Shown here in pieces: positions 9,507 to 18,570 of a stretch of DNA of 32,000 nt. The stretch comes from Moraxella nasicaprae (GTDB lineage: Bacteria; Pseudomonadota; Gammaproteobacteria; Pseudomonadales; Moraxellaceae), in assembly GCF_025643275.1 (NCBI RefSeq), contig NZ_CP089977.1, positions 450,001 through 482,000 on the forward strand. The letters run 5' to 3'. The notes under the pieces were generated by a model. That model searched no databases. It worked only from the letters and a program-made list of their open reading frames with translations, and was not told the DNA's origin. The translations under genes and the position numbers were made by a program. How positions within the stretch are numbered: position 1 is the first letter of the stretch; each line of letters opens with the position of its first letter.

Positions 9507-9998
9507 ATGAATAGCCCTATTTTACCCAGCGAAGAGATTCGCATCACAGATGGCAGTACCGTCAGCCTGCATTTTGAAGTCAGCCTACCCAACGGCACGG
9601 TGATTGATTCTACTTTTGGCAGAGATACTCCCGTCAGTCTTACCATTGGCGATGAAAGCCTTTTGGAGGGCTTTGAAAAGGTACTCATCAATCTAAAAGC
9701 AGGTGACACTCGCACCGCCCATCTACCACCAGAACAGGCATTTGGCGAATGGAATCAGGAAAATGTACAGTGCTTTAACAAAAGCCAATTTATCCTATCC
9801 GAACCCAATCCTGTGGTCGGCATGATGATGGAGTTTGCCGATAAGGGTAATAATTCTTTGGTAGGTGTGATTAGCGAGGTTAGTGATGATGAGGTCAAAG
9901 TTGATTTTAATCACCCCTTGGCAGGTCAAGAAGTACTGTTTAAAGTACAGATTTTCAAGGTAACGCCACAAGGTCAAACCGCCTTTGAAATCCGCTAA
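9507..9998 (+). CDS. fkpB: FKBP-type peptidyl-prolyl cis-trans isomerase (FkpB/SlpA type)
   Basis: This 163-aa ORF aligns by eye with E. coli FkpB (VSLHFEVSLPNGT..., GDESLLEGFEKVL, VDFNHPLAGQEV). It follows lspA as in the E. coli ileS-lspA-fkpB cluster. Confidence 0.8.
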   Translation: MNSPILPSEEIRITDGSTVSLHFEVSLPNGTVIDSTFGRDTPVSLTIGDESLLEGFEKVLINLKAGDTRTAHLPPEQAFGEWNQENVQCFNKSQFILSEPNPVVGMMMEFADKGNNSLVGVISEVSDDEVKVDFNHPLAGQEVLFKVQIFKVTPQGQTAFEIR

Positions 9999-10008
9999 TA
10001 AAACAGCA

Positions 10009-10038
10009 CAAAAAACGACCCATCACGGTCGTTTTTTT
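10009..10038. terminator. Bidirectional rho-independent terminator between fkpB (+) and the acyltransferase (-)
   Basis: The sequence is AAAAAACGACC-catcac-GGTCGTTTTTTT, a stem flanked by an A-run and a T-run between convergent genes. Confidence 0.8.
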
Positions 10039-10041
10039 GAT

Positions 10042-10815
10042 TTAGGCGGTTACCACTTGTGCGTGCAGTCGTGCCAAGCCCTCCTCCATGGCTGACTGCA
10101 AGATGGCAGTCAGCTCTTTTTGGGTCTTATTGGCAGGATTGATGGCATCAAGCGGTAATACATAAGCGGTAATCTGCCCATTATCCGCCACTCGTTTTAG
10201 GCTATCAACCATCGTGCGATTGCCATAATAAGCAGCATCATCGGAAAGTTTGCCATCTTTATCCACATAAGCGATGACCATGGGGCAAATTGGCAATCCT
10301 GTATCCATCGAGGCTTGTAGTAGCTTGCCATAGATTTTTTTGATTTGCTTGCCGTCTGTGGTGGTCGCCTCTGGAAAAAACACCACCGAAGACCCACCCT
10401 GCAAGAATTTGGCAATCTGCTCAGATACAGAGCCTGTGTCGCCCGAGCCACGCTTGATGAATAGCGTACCGCCTGCCTTTGCCAGCCGTCCAAAAATCGG
10501 CCACTCGCCAATTTCTGCCTTTGACAAGAAAAATACAGGAGCCACACTACCCACCACAGGAATGTCCAGCCATGACACATGGTTACTGACCCATAGACCA
10601 TGCCTTTGGGGAATGGGAGCAACCTGCACTACCTGAACACCAAATGAACCTGCCATTTGTCGACAAAATGCCTGAATATGTGGCGGTAGCTTATCCCTAG
10701 GTGGTTCATCGCCAAATGCACCAACACGATATGCCGCCCCAAAACCTCTGATGAGTGTTGTTGTTAATCCCGTGATTGCCTGTGTGCGTTTTAATTGTCT
10801 GCCAATAAAGCCCAT
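10042..10815 (-). CDS. Lysophospholipid (1-acyl-sn-glycerol-3-phosphate) acyltransferase, PlsC family
   Basis: It has the acyltransferase HX4D motif (NHVSWLDIPV) and the FPEATTTDG motif. The track ORF starts at 10905. I trimmed it to ATG 10815 (MGFIGRQL...) because the upstream 30 codons are AT-rich junk-like sequence. Confidence 0.8.
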   Translation of the reverse strand: MGFIGRQLKRTQAITGLTTTLIRGFGAAYRVGAFGDEPPRDKLPPHIQAFCRQMAGSFGVQVVQVAPIPQRHGLWVSNHVSWLDIPVVGSVAPVFFLSKAEIGEWPIFGRLAKAGGTLFIKRGSGDTGSVSEQIAKFLQGGSSVVFFPEATTTDGKQIKKIYGKLLQASMDTGLPICPMVIAYVDKDGKLSDDAAYYGNRTMVDSLKRVADNGQITAYVLPLDAINPANKTQKELTAILQSAMEEGLARLHAQVVTA

Positions 10816-10942
10816 TGTGTCAGCCTTTTTTCTTACCAAAGTTAAGCGTACAAGCCTAAACCCAAATCTTAAAAAAATCAAGTATTTTAGTGAACAATTA
10901 TACACTTTATTGTAAATATTTGCAAAACATCACGCTCATCAT

Positions 10943-10975
10943 AAAAAAATCCCAAACCGCAGACGGCTTGGGATT
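10943..10975 (-). terminator. Rho-independent terminator of slyD
   Basis: On the minus strand a 12-bp stem with 1 mismatch (AATCCCAAGCCG/CGGTTTGGGATT) has loop UCUG and is followed by U7 (A-run 10943-10949 on plus). It lies 17 nt after the slyD stop. Confidence 0.75.
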
Positions 10976-10991
10976 GATTATTGGCATCAGA

Positions 10992-11477
10992 TTAGTGATG
11001 ATGACCGCCAGCACCGTGAGCATGCCCGTGAGCAATCTCATCAGCAGTTGCTGCACGCACTTCTACAATCTCAACATCAAAGGTCAGCTCAACACCAGCC
11101 AATGGGTGATTGCCGTCAACCACCACCACATCATCAGTCACATCTTTGACAGTAACTAGCATGACATGACCATCATCAGTTTGTGATTGAAACTGCATAC
11201 CAACTTCAATGGTATCTACGCCTTGAAAGTTTGCACGAGGCACTTCTTGAACCGCTTCGGCAAGATATTCGCCATAAGCGTCAGCAGGTGCGATGGTGGC
11301 GACAAATTTATCGCCCGCTTGCTTGCCTTCCATTTGTTTTTCAAGACCTGGAATAATGTTGTGATGACCGTGCAAATATGCCAATGGCTCGCCACGAGAT
11401 TGGTCAAGCACTTCGCCTTCGGCATTGGTCAAGGTGTAATTAAATTGTACAACGGTATCATTAGCAATGATTGTCAT
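10992..11477 (-). CDS. slyD: FKBP-type peptidyl-prolyl isomerase/metallochaperone SlyD
   Basis: This 161-aa ORF has the SlyD-like N-terminus (VVQFNYTLTNAEGEVLDQS, LAYLHGHHNIIPGLE), an IF-domain insert, and a short His-rich C-terminal tail HGHAHGAGGHHH. An AAGGA RBS is present. Confidence 0.9.
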   Translation of the reverse strand: MTIIANDTVVQFNYTLTNAEGEVLDQSRGEPLAYLHGHHNIIPGLEKQMEGKQAGDKFVATIAPADAYGEYLAEAVQEVPRANFQGVDTIEVGMQFQSQTDDGHVMLVTVKDVTDDVVVVDGNHPLAGVELTFDVEIVEVRAATADEIAHGHAHGAGGHHH

Positions 11478-11615
11478 AAAAAATCCTTAATAAAACGCCA
11501 ACCAAGCACCACGCAAACTATTTGGGTGAGCTAAATTTGGCAAAAGTTAATTTCATTATACCAAAAAAGCTGACAAAAAGGATAATAATTACAAAAAATT
11601 TGCCATAACCATCTC

Positions 11616-11644
11616 TTGGCTTATGGGTGCGAATTTGCTATGAT
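11616..11644 (+). promoter_or_regulatory. Candidate sigma70 promoter in the slyD/M61 intergenic region
   Basis: TTGGCT (11616-11621), a 17-nt spacer, then TATGAT (11639-11644). About 40 nt downstream are hairpins and a T7 run (11682-11702). Confidence 0.35.
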
Positions 11645-11874
11645 GACAAAGTTTAGATGGATTTTATGCTCAACTCCATTCAAAACCAGCCAAGGTTTTT
11701 TTGTTTATGACAAACTTAAAAAACCCAACAAAAAACCGTGCCACTCTTTGACCGACTTAGAGCGAACAGTTTTTTGTCTGATTTTGAGATGAGATTAAGC
11801 ATAATAAAATCTGATACAGATAATCAAAATAGCAATGACACTAACAGAAAATTATTGAATCACGCAGGTATGAC

Positions 11875-13635
11875 ATGAATTATCTCATCAATTTTCAGCG
11901 TTTTTATGAACATTTGGCAGATGTACAATGCCAATTCATCGCACCAACGGATGCACCAAAGCTATGGATGCCCACTTGGATTGCTGGCAGTTACATGATT
12001 CGTGAATTTAGTAAGCACATCACGGCAGTGTATTATCAAATTGGACAGCAAACCTTTAAGGCGAACAAAACCAACAAAAACACCTTTGAGCTGACGCACG
12101 CCAAGACAGGCGATGACATCAGAGTGCATTATGAGGTGTATTGCTATGATTTGTCAGTACGCACAGCATTCATCGACCACACTCGTATCTTTGGTAATTT
12201 TAGCTCCTTGTTGCTATTTTTGGAAAATCATCATAAAGATACAGCCAGCCTACAACTAAGCGTGCCACAGAGCTTTTTGAACCAAAATCCCGATACGCTC
12301 ATCGCTTGCGGTCTGCCTCATCAAAGCAAGCAAACAGATGAAGGCATCACATACACCCTGCCTGCCCTACCTGCCTTTGATTATACCGACTATCCTTTTG
12401 AGATTGGCACACAAGTGCAGTTTGAATTTGCACCAAACAATCAAGGCAAAAATATTCGCCATCGCTTCTTTTTGGCAGGTCGCCATCACGCCAACCTGAC
12501 CAGATTGCAAGCAGATTTACAAAAAATCTGCCAAACTTACATCACTTGGCTGGGCGATGTGCCATTTGATGATTATACCTTTATGACAATGGTAACAGGT
12601 AGTGATTATGGCGGTTTAGAACACCTTAATTCCACCGCCTTGGTCAGTCCACGCACCGACATGCCAGCGATGAATGAACCGCAGATACCAAGTGCTGACT
12701 ACCAGCGATTCTTGGGTTTGTGCAGTCATGAATACTTCCACGCTTGGTGGGTCAAATCAGTGCGTCCTGATGTGATGATGGATAACGATTTGCAACAAGA
12801 GGGTTATACGCCACTATTATGGGTGTTTGAGGGCTTTACCTCTTATATTGATGATTTGATATTATTGGCATCTGGTGTTATTGATAAGTCAAGCTATCTA
12901 AAACTATTAGCAGCCCAAATCAATCGCTATGAACAAACAGATGGTCGCCATCATCAAAGTGTTGCTGAATCTAGTTTTGATACTTGGATTAAGCTATATC
13001 GACCTGACGAAAATTCCAGCAATCAGTCCGTCAGTTACTATAACAAAGGAGCATTGGTTGCTTTGTTGCTGGATTTGACTTTGCTAGAACAATCTGCTGG
13101 CAAATACCGCTTGTTTGATGTCATCAAAACTTTCTACGATAAAGCAAAACATGCTGGTGGTTTTTTTGGCATGACCACCCAAATCATGGGCGAAGTGGTC
13201 TCATCCATGATTGGTCAGGAAGTCTGGCAATCATTTTATGCAGACTATGTCATTGGCACAGCACCACTGCCCATCGCTGACATGCTGGCAAAAGTACACA
13301 TCACCACCGACATCAGCACAACAGCCAAGCCTTGGGGTATGAGTATTGATGAAAATAAATTTGGTATAAAAATCAAACAGTTGCATAGAGATAGTGCTGG
13401 CAGTCTAGCAGGTCTTTCTGCCAATGACATCATCATCGCCATCGATGGTATCAAAGCCAGTCAGGCGGTGCTTAGTCATGCCATCACACGCCAAAATCAC
13501 GATAAAAAAGCCATCACCGTACACGCATTTCGCCGTGATGAATTGATGACTTTTTATGTGGCACATAAGCCCACTCAACATCAGCAAGTCAAACTCTCAG
13601 GCGATGGTGATGCTTGGCTTAAATTTAACTTTTAG
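11875..13635 (+). CDS. M61-family glycyl aminopeptidase with C-terminal PDZ domain
   Basis: This 586-aa ORF has the zinc motif HEYFHAWWVK (HEXXH), typical of M61. It has a C-terminal PDZ-like segment (GIKIKQLHRDSAGSLAGLSANDIIIAIDG). Confidence 0.85.
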   Translation: MNYLINFQRFYEHLADVQCQFIAPTDAPKLWMPTWIAGSYMIREFSKHITAVYYQIGQQTFKANKTNKNTFELTHAKTGDDIRVHYEVYCYDLSVRTAFIDHTRIFGNFSSLLLFLENHHKDTASLQLSVPQSFLNQNPDTLIACGLPHQSKQTDEGITYTLPALPAFDYTDYPFEIGTQVQFEFAPNNQGKNIRHRFFLAGRHHANLTRLQADLQKICQTYITWLGDVPFDDYTFMTMVTGSDYGGLEHLNSTALVSPRTDMPAMNEPQIPSADYQRFLGLCSHEYFHAWWVKSVRPDVMMDNDLQQEGYTPLLWVFEGFTSYIDDLILLASGVIDKSSYLKLLAAQINRYEQTDGRHHQSVAESSFDTWIKLYRPDENSSNQSVSYYNKGALVALLLDLTLLEQSAGKYRLFDVIKTFYDKAKHAGGFFGMTTQIMGEVVSSMIGQEVWQSFYADYVIGTAPLPIADMLAKVHITTDISTTAKPWGMSIDENKFGIKIKQLHRDSAGSLAGLSANDIIIAIDGIKASQAVLSHAITRQNHDKKAITVHAFRRDELMTFYVAHKPTQHQQVKLSGDGDAWLKFNF

Positions 13636-13641
13636 GCAGCA

Positions 13642-14418
13642 TCACATCTTAGCGTTTGACTTTTTGTAGCGAATCACTCGACTACCCTGTCTTTTTTGCA
13701 GGGTAGTTGATGGTTTGTTGGTGTAAGCCTTTGATTGTCGGGTTGTTTTATCTTGATAAAGGGCTGATTTTTTCTGCCCAATATGTCGCTTATCATCACA
13801 AGGATTGATGCCCAACGCCAATAATTGCTCATCACTTAGGTAAAACCGACAGCTTTCGCCAACCGCCAAATTTGCCAGTGTCCAATCGCCCACTTGGGAG
13901 CGAATCAGCCTTAAACACGGCAAGCCAACTGTCGCCACCATGCGGCGAACTTGACGATTTCTACCCTCCATAATGCTGATTTTTAGCCAAGCAGTTGGAA
14001 TATTGGCACGCTGCCTGATGGGTGGATTACGCTCCCATAGCTTGATGGGCAAATCTTGTTCCAAAATATGCTCCACTTTGGCTGGTAAAGTCATGCCATC
14101 TTTGAGCAACACTCCCTGTCTAAGCAGTTGTAACTGCTCATCTGTGGGCAGGTTTTCCACTTGCACCAAATAAGTTTTGGCGTGCTTTTGACTGCGTTGA
14201 TTGGTGTTTTTGGCATTTGGCGGCGTGGTGATGGCATGATTTAATCCACCGTGATTTGTCAAAATTAACAAACCCTCACTATCTTTATCCAGTCTGCCAG
14301 CCACTCTAAGACTTTTGTCATCAAAAAAATCCGCCAAAGTCGCCATCGTAGCAAACTCTTTGCGAAATTGACTATGCACACCGTAAGGTTTGTTAAATAA
14401 AATCACGCTTGCCATCAT
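13642..14418 (-). CDS. rluE: 23S rRNA pseudouridine synthase, RluE-like (RsuA family, no S4 domain), with a basic C-terminal tail
   Basis: This 258-aa ORF aligns by eye with E. coli RluE (ILFNKPYGV, AGRLDKDSEGLLILTN, WLKISIMEGRNRQVRRM). A GGAG RBS lies 5 nt upstream of the start. Confidence 0.8.
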   Translation of the reverse strand: MMASVILFNKPYGVHSQFRKEFATMATLADFFDDKSLRVAGRLDKDSEGLLILTNHGGLNHAITTPPNAKNTNQRSQKHAKTYLVQVENLPTDEQLQLLRQGVLLKDGMTLPAKVEHILEQDLPIKLWERNPPIRQRANIPTAWLKISIMEGRNRQVRRMVATVGLPCLRLIRSQVGDWTLANLAVGESCRFYLSDEQLLALGINPCDDKRHIGQKKSALYQDKTTRQSKAYTNKPSTTLQKRQGSRVIRYKKSNAKM

Positions 14419-14423
14419 TGCTC

Positions 14424-14465
14424 CAAAAATAAAACACCCAAACGGTCATCATACCGTCTGGGTGT
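14424..14465 (-). terminator. Rho-independent terminator of the OmpA-domain gene, abutting the rluE RBS
   Basis: On the minus strand a 12-bp stem with 1 mismatch (14434-14445 with 14454-14465) is followed by UUUUAUUUUU. That run leads directly into the GGAG of rluE. Confidence 0.7.
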
Positions 14466-14502
14466 GATTTTGGCAAGATATATCAATCAAGCCAATTTAG
14501 CA

Positions 14503-16587
14503 TTATTGTACGCTAAATTCGATGCGGCGGTTCTGGAAACGACCTTCTGCGGTGTCATTGCTCGCCACAGGATTGTCAGGACCTGCACCTTTGGTGCTCA
14601 AACGGTCAGCTGCAATGCCTTTTGATACTAGGTAATCACGCACTGCTGTCGCACGAGATTCTGACAATTTTTTGTTATAAGCAGCAGAACCTTGGCTGTC
14701 TGTATGACCTGTAATCAATAGCTTCACATCAGGCAAAGCGGTCAATTTGGTCACTGCCAAATCAAGAATTTCTTTATTTTCTGCTGGAATGGCATTTGAG
14801 CTGGTTGCAAAGTTGATGATTTGCATATTCAATGCTTTTACCACATCTTCGGCAGTGGCGTTATCAGCCAAGCCAGTTAGAGCTTGTTTTGCACTCTCAT
14901 TGCCTGCTTTGGCAGCAGCTTCTGGATCTAGTTGCTGTGCTGGTTGGGTGGTAGCTGGTTGAGCATTTTGAGCATCAGATGCAGGCTGAACCTCAACCAC
15001 ATAATCGCTTGGCAAGCCAGCCTTAGCAGTTTCTACCAATTTGGCAGCAGCAGCTGGGTCTTGGGCAGAGAATTGAACAGTCTTATCAGTCACAGTCACG
15101 GCAGCGTTTGGTGTGCCTTTAACAAAACCAACAATGTTTGCCAACTGGTCAGCAGCCATCAATTGAGTACCAAAGTTTTCTTTGGCTTCAACTTGACATA
15201 CATCGCCAGCAAATAGTGAGCCAACGCTGTTTTTGATTGATGCAAGAATGCTGTCATCACCTGCTTGGGCTTGACACGCTTGCAAAGCACCAGCGGCATC
15301 AGTTGATGCGGTGAATACTGCTGGCATTTTGCCTGCTGCCATATCTGCGGCAACAGCTGGCAACTCTTCAACAGTAAAATCTGCTGGCAAGATGCCCTTA
15401 GCACCTTCAATCAGTTTGGCGGTGTCAGCAGTACTGCCTGCACCAAAACGCACCACTTTGTCAGCGATAGACAATTTCGCCTCTGGCACGCCTTTCATCA
15501 AGCCAAACAAGGCTGGCAAATGCTCGGCAGCTGGCATGGTTTCGCCATGACCTTCTGTCACGCCCAAATCTTTACAAGCATCAGTACCAAATGCGGTCGC
15601 AATCGCTGTGCTGATACTGCCAACAACGCCTTGTGAGCCGACTTTGGCATCACAGCTGGCAACTGCTTGACCTTGTGCATCAAGTTGCAAATCCAAAGTC
15701 GCTGGTGTCGCTGCAACCGCTTGGCTATCAGCTTGAGCTTCTTGGTTGGCGGTAGGAGCAGCAACTGGTGCTGGTTTCTCTTGACAGCTGCGAAGCAACA
15801 GCCACGCCAACCCACCAAAAATAATCAAACCAATGATTGGCAATAGATTTTTCAAAAATCCACCTTTTTGCTCGCCAGAAGCAGCTGTGGTGGCAGCCGT
15901 ATTTACATGGGTAGCGGCTGGTTTTTGCTCGGCTTTTGGTGCAACATCAGCTTTTGGTGCAGTAGCATTAGCGGCAGCAGCTACGCCTGCGGTCGTTGCA
16001 GCGGCAGCAGCAACTGGGGCGGCTACGCTGGTCGTGCTTTGTGTGCTTGTGGTGGTGCTGTGAGCATTACCCAAGCCAGCAGCTGACTCGTCAGACTTAG
16101 CAAAACCTGAAACCAAAGTTGCACCGCCAGCCAACAGACCTGCTGGCAATAGTGAACCTGCCCATGCTGGCAATGCACCACTAAAACCTGTGATGGCTTG
16201 CTTGGCATAATCAGCCACAGAAACATTACCTGCAAATTCTTGAATTTTTGCCAAACCAGCAGGTGCTGCTGCATTCAACAATGATGATACAGATTGGGTA
16301 GGTAGATTAAATTCTTTGGCAAGTTTATCTTGCAAGTCAGCAGTTTGATTGATGGTACTACCGTTATTTAATACCGCATCAAGCAAATTTTTGCCATAAT
16401 TGGCATCATCTTTTGCCAAAGATGCCAAACGCTCGGCAGCATTGCCCTTGGTTAAATGAGCCACAAAAATTGGATAAAATACAGATAACAATTTTGCTTT
16501 AACGCCTTGTTCACCTGCCACATCGCTGGTCGCTGCCAATACTTGTGGCGTGACCAATTCGCTTAATTTTTCAAATAGATTCATCAT
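14503..16587 (-). CDS. Bitopic membrane protein with C-terminal OmpA-like peptidoglycan-binding domain
   Basis: This is a 694-aa ORF with no signal peptide. It has an Ala/Thr-rich low-complexity region and a single TM (LLPIIGLIIFGGLAWLLL, about residues 246-265). Two ~110-aa tandem modules follow. The C-terminal OmpA/MotB-type motif is ITGHTDSQGSAAYNKKLSESRATAVRDYL...NRRIEF. An AGGAA RBS is present. Confidence 0.85.
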   Translation of the reverse strand: MMNLFEKLSELVTPQVLAATSDVAGEQGVKAKLLSVFYPIFVAHLTKGNAAERLASLAKDDANYGKNLLDAVLNNGSTINQTADLQDKLAKEFNLPTQSVSSLLNAAAPAGLAKIQEFAGNVSVADYAKQAITGFSGALPAWAGSLLPAGLLAGGATLVSGFAKSDESAAGLGNAHSTTTSTQSTTSVAAPVAAAAATTAGVAAAANATAPKADVAPKAEQKPAATHVNTAATTAASGEQKGGFLKNLLPIIGLIIFGGLAWLLLRSCQEKPAPVAAPTANQEAQADSQAVAATPATLDLQLDAQGQAVASCDAKVGSQGVVGSISTAIATAFGTDACKDLGVTEGHGETMPAAEHLPALFGLMKGVPEAKLSIADKVVRFGAGSTADTAKLIEGAKGILPADFTVEELPAVAADMAAGKMPAVFTASTDAAGALQACQAQAGDDSILASIKNSVGSLFAGDVCQVEAKENFGTQLMAADQLANIVGFVKGTPNAAVTVTDKTVQFSAQDPAAAAKLVETAKAGLPSDYVVEVQPASDAQNAQPATTQPAQQLDPEAAAKAGNESAKQALTGLADNATAEDVVKALNMQIINFATSSNAIPAENKEILDLAVTKLTALPDVKLLITGHTDSQGSAAYNKKLSESRATAVRDYLVSKGIAADRLSTKGAGPDNPVASNDTAEGRFQNRRIEFSVQ

Positions 16588-16783
16588 TGTTCCTAAAAAA
16601 GGTTAAATTCTCGTGCCTTACAATTCATCGACAATTTTGATGGTTTGCTGACACTGGCGACTATTTTGACTGATTTTTTATTAAGATAAAAGGGCTGGCA
16701 ACAATAGATAAACAAAACTTTGGCATAATCAACAGTTTATATTCATATCGTTACAAAAAACACACACAATACGACCACGAAAG

Positions 16784-16812
16784 TTGGTAAAACCTTCAAA
16801 AACTGCTATACT
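16784..16812 (+). promoter_or_regulatory. Candidate sigma70 promoter for the rhomboid gene
   Basis: TTGGTA (16784-16789), a 17-nt spacer, then TATACT (16807-16812), about 39 nt upstream of ATG 16851. Confidence 0.5.
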
Positions 16813-16850
16813 CTTTTCATCTTATTATTATCGCCAGTGAAACCAAATAT

Positions 16851-17456
16851 ATGAGTCACACCATCGCCATTATCATCATCACCGTTCTAGTCAGTCTTGC
16901 CGCCTGGCAATCTCGCCCCTTATTTGAACGACTGATTTTTTGGTCGCCCGCCATCAAAAAAGGTCAAATCGATCGATTTTTGACGCATGGTTTTATTCAT
17001 GCTGATGGCATGCACTTGCTGTTTAATATGTTTACGCTGTATTTTTTTGGGCAGGCGATAGAAATTTTTTATCTAAGTAAATTTGGTAATTTTGGCTTCA
17101 TTGGTTTTTATATTGGTGCAATCATCGCTGCCATCATACCCACTTTTTTACGCCACAAAAACAACGCTCGATATTATAGCTTAGGGGCATCGGGTGCGGT
17201 ATCAGCGGTATTATTTGCGTTTATTTTGTTTAAGCCATGGCAAACCCTGTACCTATTTGCTGTATTACCAATTCCTGCCATCGTCTTTGCAGTTGCCTAC
17301 ACGGCATATAGCATCTATGCCGACAAACGAGGGCGTGATAACATCAATCACTCCGCCCATTTGTACGGAGCTGTCTTTGGGGTAGTGGCTACGCTGATTA
17401 TTGAACCAAAGCTGATTGGTCATTTTGTACAATCTTTGCTCCACCCAAATTTCTAA
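16851..17456 (+). CDS. Rhomboid-family intramembrane serine protease
   Basis: This 201-aa polytopic ORF has the catalytic GxSG (LGASGAVSAVLF), the downstream His motif (HSAHLYGAVFG), and an HxxxN-like FIHADGMHLLFNM. Confidence 0.85.
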   Translation: MSHTIAIIIITVLVSLAAWQSRPLFERLIFWSPAIKKGQIDRFLTHGFIHADGMHLLFNMFTLYFFGQAIEIFYLSKFGNFGFIGFYIGAIIAAIIPTFLRHKNNARYYSLGASGAVSAVLFAFILFKPWQTLYLFAVLPIPAIVFAVAYTAYSIYADKRGRDNINHSAHLYGAVFGVVATLIIEPKLIGHFVQSLLHPNF

Positions 17457-17471
17457 AACACCACAATAAAG

Positions 17472-17506
17472 AAAAAAGCACGAAACCATTGTTGCGTGCT
17501 TTTTTT
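17472..17506. terminator. Bidirectional rho-independent terminator between rhomboid (+) and the hydrolase (-)
   Basis: The sequence is AAAAAAGCACG-aaaccattgttg-CGTGCTTTTTTT between convergent genes. Confidence 0.8.
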
Positions 17507-17508
17507 GA

Positions 17509-18570
17509 TTACCAAGCCACAAAATGCTCTTTGATGTGCGACTTAGGCAGGGTATCTAGGGTGTACCGCCATTTTGGCTGTTTATCTTTATCAATCAATA
17601 AAGCTCGCACCCCTTCATAAAACTCGCCATAATGACAGCAACGCACCGCCACCACCAACTCCATTGCCAACGCCTCATCAAAAGTCATGGGCTTGTCATG
17701 GAAAATCTCCCAAGCCAATGCTGCCGAAGTGGGACTACCTGCCTGATAATTTTGGATTGCCTGAGCAAGATAAGCATTGTTTTGGTACTTTTCCAAGCCA
17801 ATCAAGCTGGAAAATTCTTGCAAACTTGATGCAGCCATCAACTCATCAATCAACTGTTTTTGCTCCCAAGCCCAGCCCTCGCCCAGCACACGCTCATCAT
17901 GCAAAGTTGTCAAAATCCTACTGACCGTATGATGATTGGGATTTTCTTGCCAATTTGCCTGTTGTAGAGCGATGATGAGCTTATCATAATCATCACTTGC
18001 CATGGCAAAATCCGCCACACCAAGTTTAAGAGCATCTGCACCATTAAACCTTGCCCCTGTCAGACCAAAAAACAATCCCATCTTGTCAGGCATTTTTTTC
18101 AAAAAATAAGACGCTCCTGCATCAGGAAATAGCCCAATACCAATCTCAGGCATTGCCATCATGGTGCTTTGGGTAACAATGCGATGACTGGCAGGCGTTG
18201 CCAATCCCATACCACCGCCCATCACAATGCCACTTGCCCAGACGATGATGGGCTTGGCATAATGCCCAATCTGCTGGCACAAACCATATTCGTGACGAAA
18301 GAATTCCAATGCTGTCGGATTGGGGAAAATGGCAGGGTCATAGGCATGATACAGACTTCGAATGTCGCCACCAGCACAAAAAGACTTTTCCCCTTCGCCA
18401 CGAATGATGATGGCAAGCAGGTCATCGTCTGTTGCCCATTGTTGTAATAGCTGACTGCTTTGTTTGACCATTTCCAAATTTTGGGCATTGAGAGATTTGG
18501 GATTGTCCAGCGTGATGACACCGATTTTTTTGCCGTGATTTAGCGTGATGTATCCTTGTTTGATACTCAT
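17509..18570 (-). CDS. Enoyl-CoA hydratase/isomerase superfamily protein, 3-hydroxyisobutyryl-CoA hydrolase type
   Basis: This 353-aa ORF has the crotonase motif FCAGGDIRSLY, GIVMGGGMGL, and the HIBCH-type C-terminal extension with EGVRALLIDKDKQPKW. An AAGGAG RBS is present. Confidence 0.85.
   Translation of the reverse strand: MSIKQGYITLNHGKKIGVITLDNPKSLNAQNLEMVKQSSQLLQQWATDDDLLAIIIRGEGEKSFCAGGDIRSLYHAYDPAIFPNPTALEFFRHEYGLCQQIGHYAKPIIVWASGIVMGGGMGLATPASHRIVTQSTMMAMPEIGIGLFPDAGASYFLKKMPDKMGLFFGLTGARFNGADALKLGVADFAMASDDYDKLIIALQQANWQENPNHHTVSRILTTLHDERVLGEGWAWEQKQLIDELMAASSLQEFSSLIGLEKYQNNAYLAQAIQNYQAGSPTSAALAWEIFHDKPMTFDEALAMELVVAVRCCHYGEFYEGVRALLIDKDKQPKWRYTLDTLPKSHIKEHFVAW

Noticed and set aside
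10816-10905. N-terminal extensions proposed by the ORF track (10905 for plsC-like, 28646 for efp, 27287 for lpxC, 27556 for the lipoprotein, 23519 for the hypothetical, 19520 for the nuclease)
   Set aside because: The extensions start at TTG/GTG or cover terminators and AT-rich promoter DNA. Internal ATGs with RBSs give N-termini matching known orthologues (EF-P MASF..., LpxC MTKLYQRTL...) or proper signal peptides.
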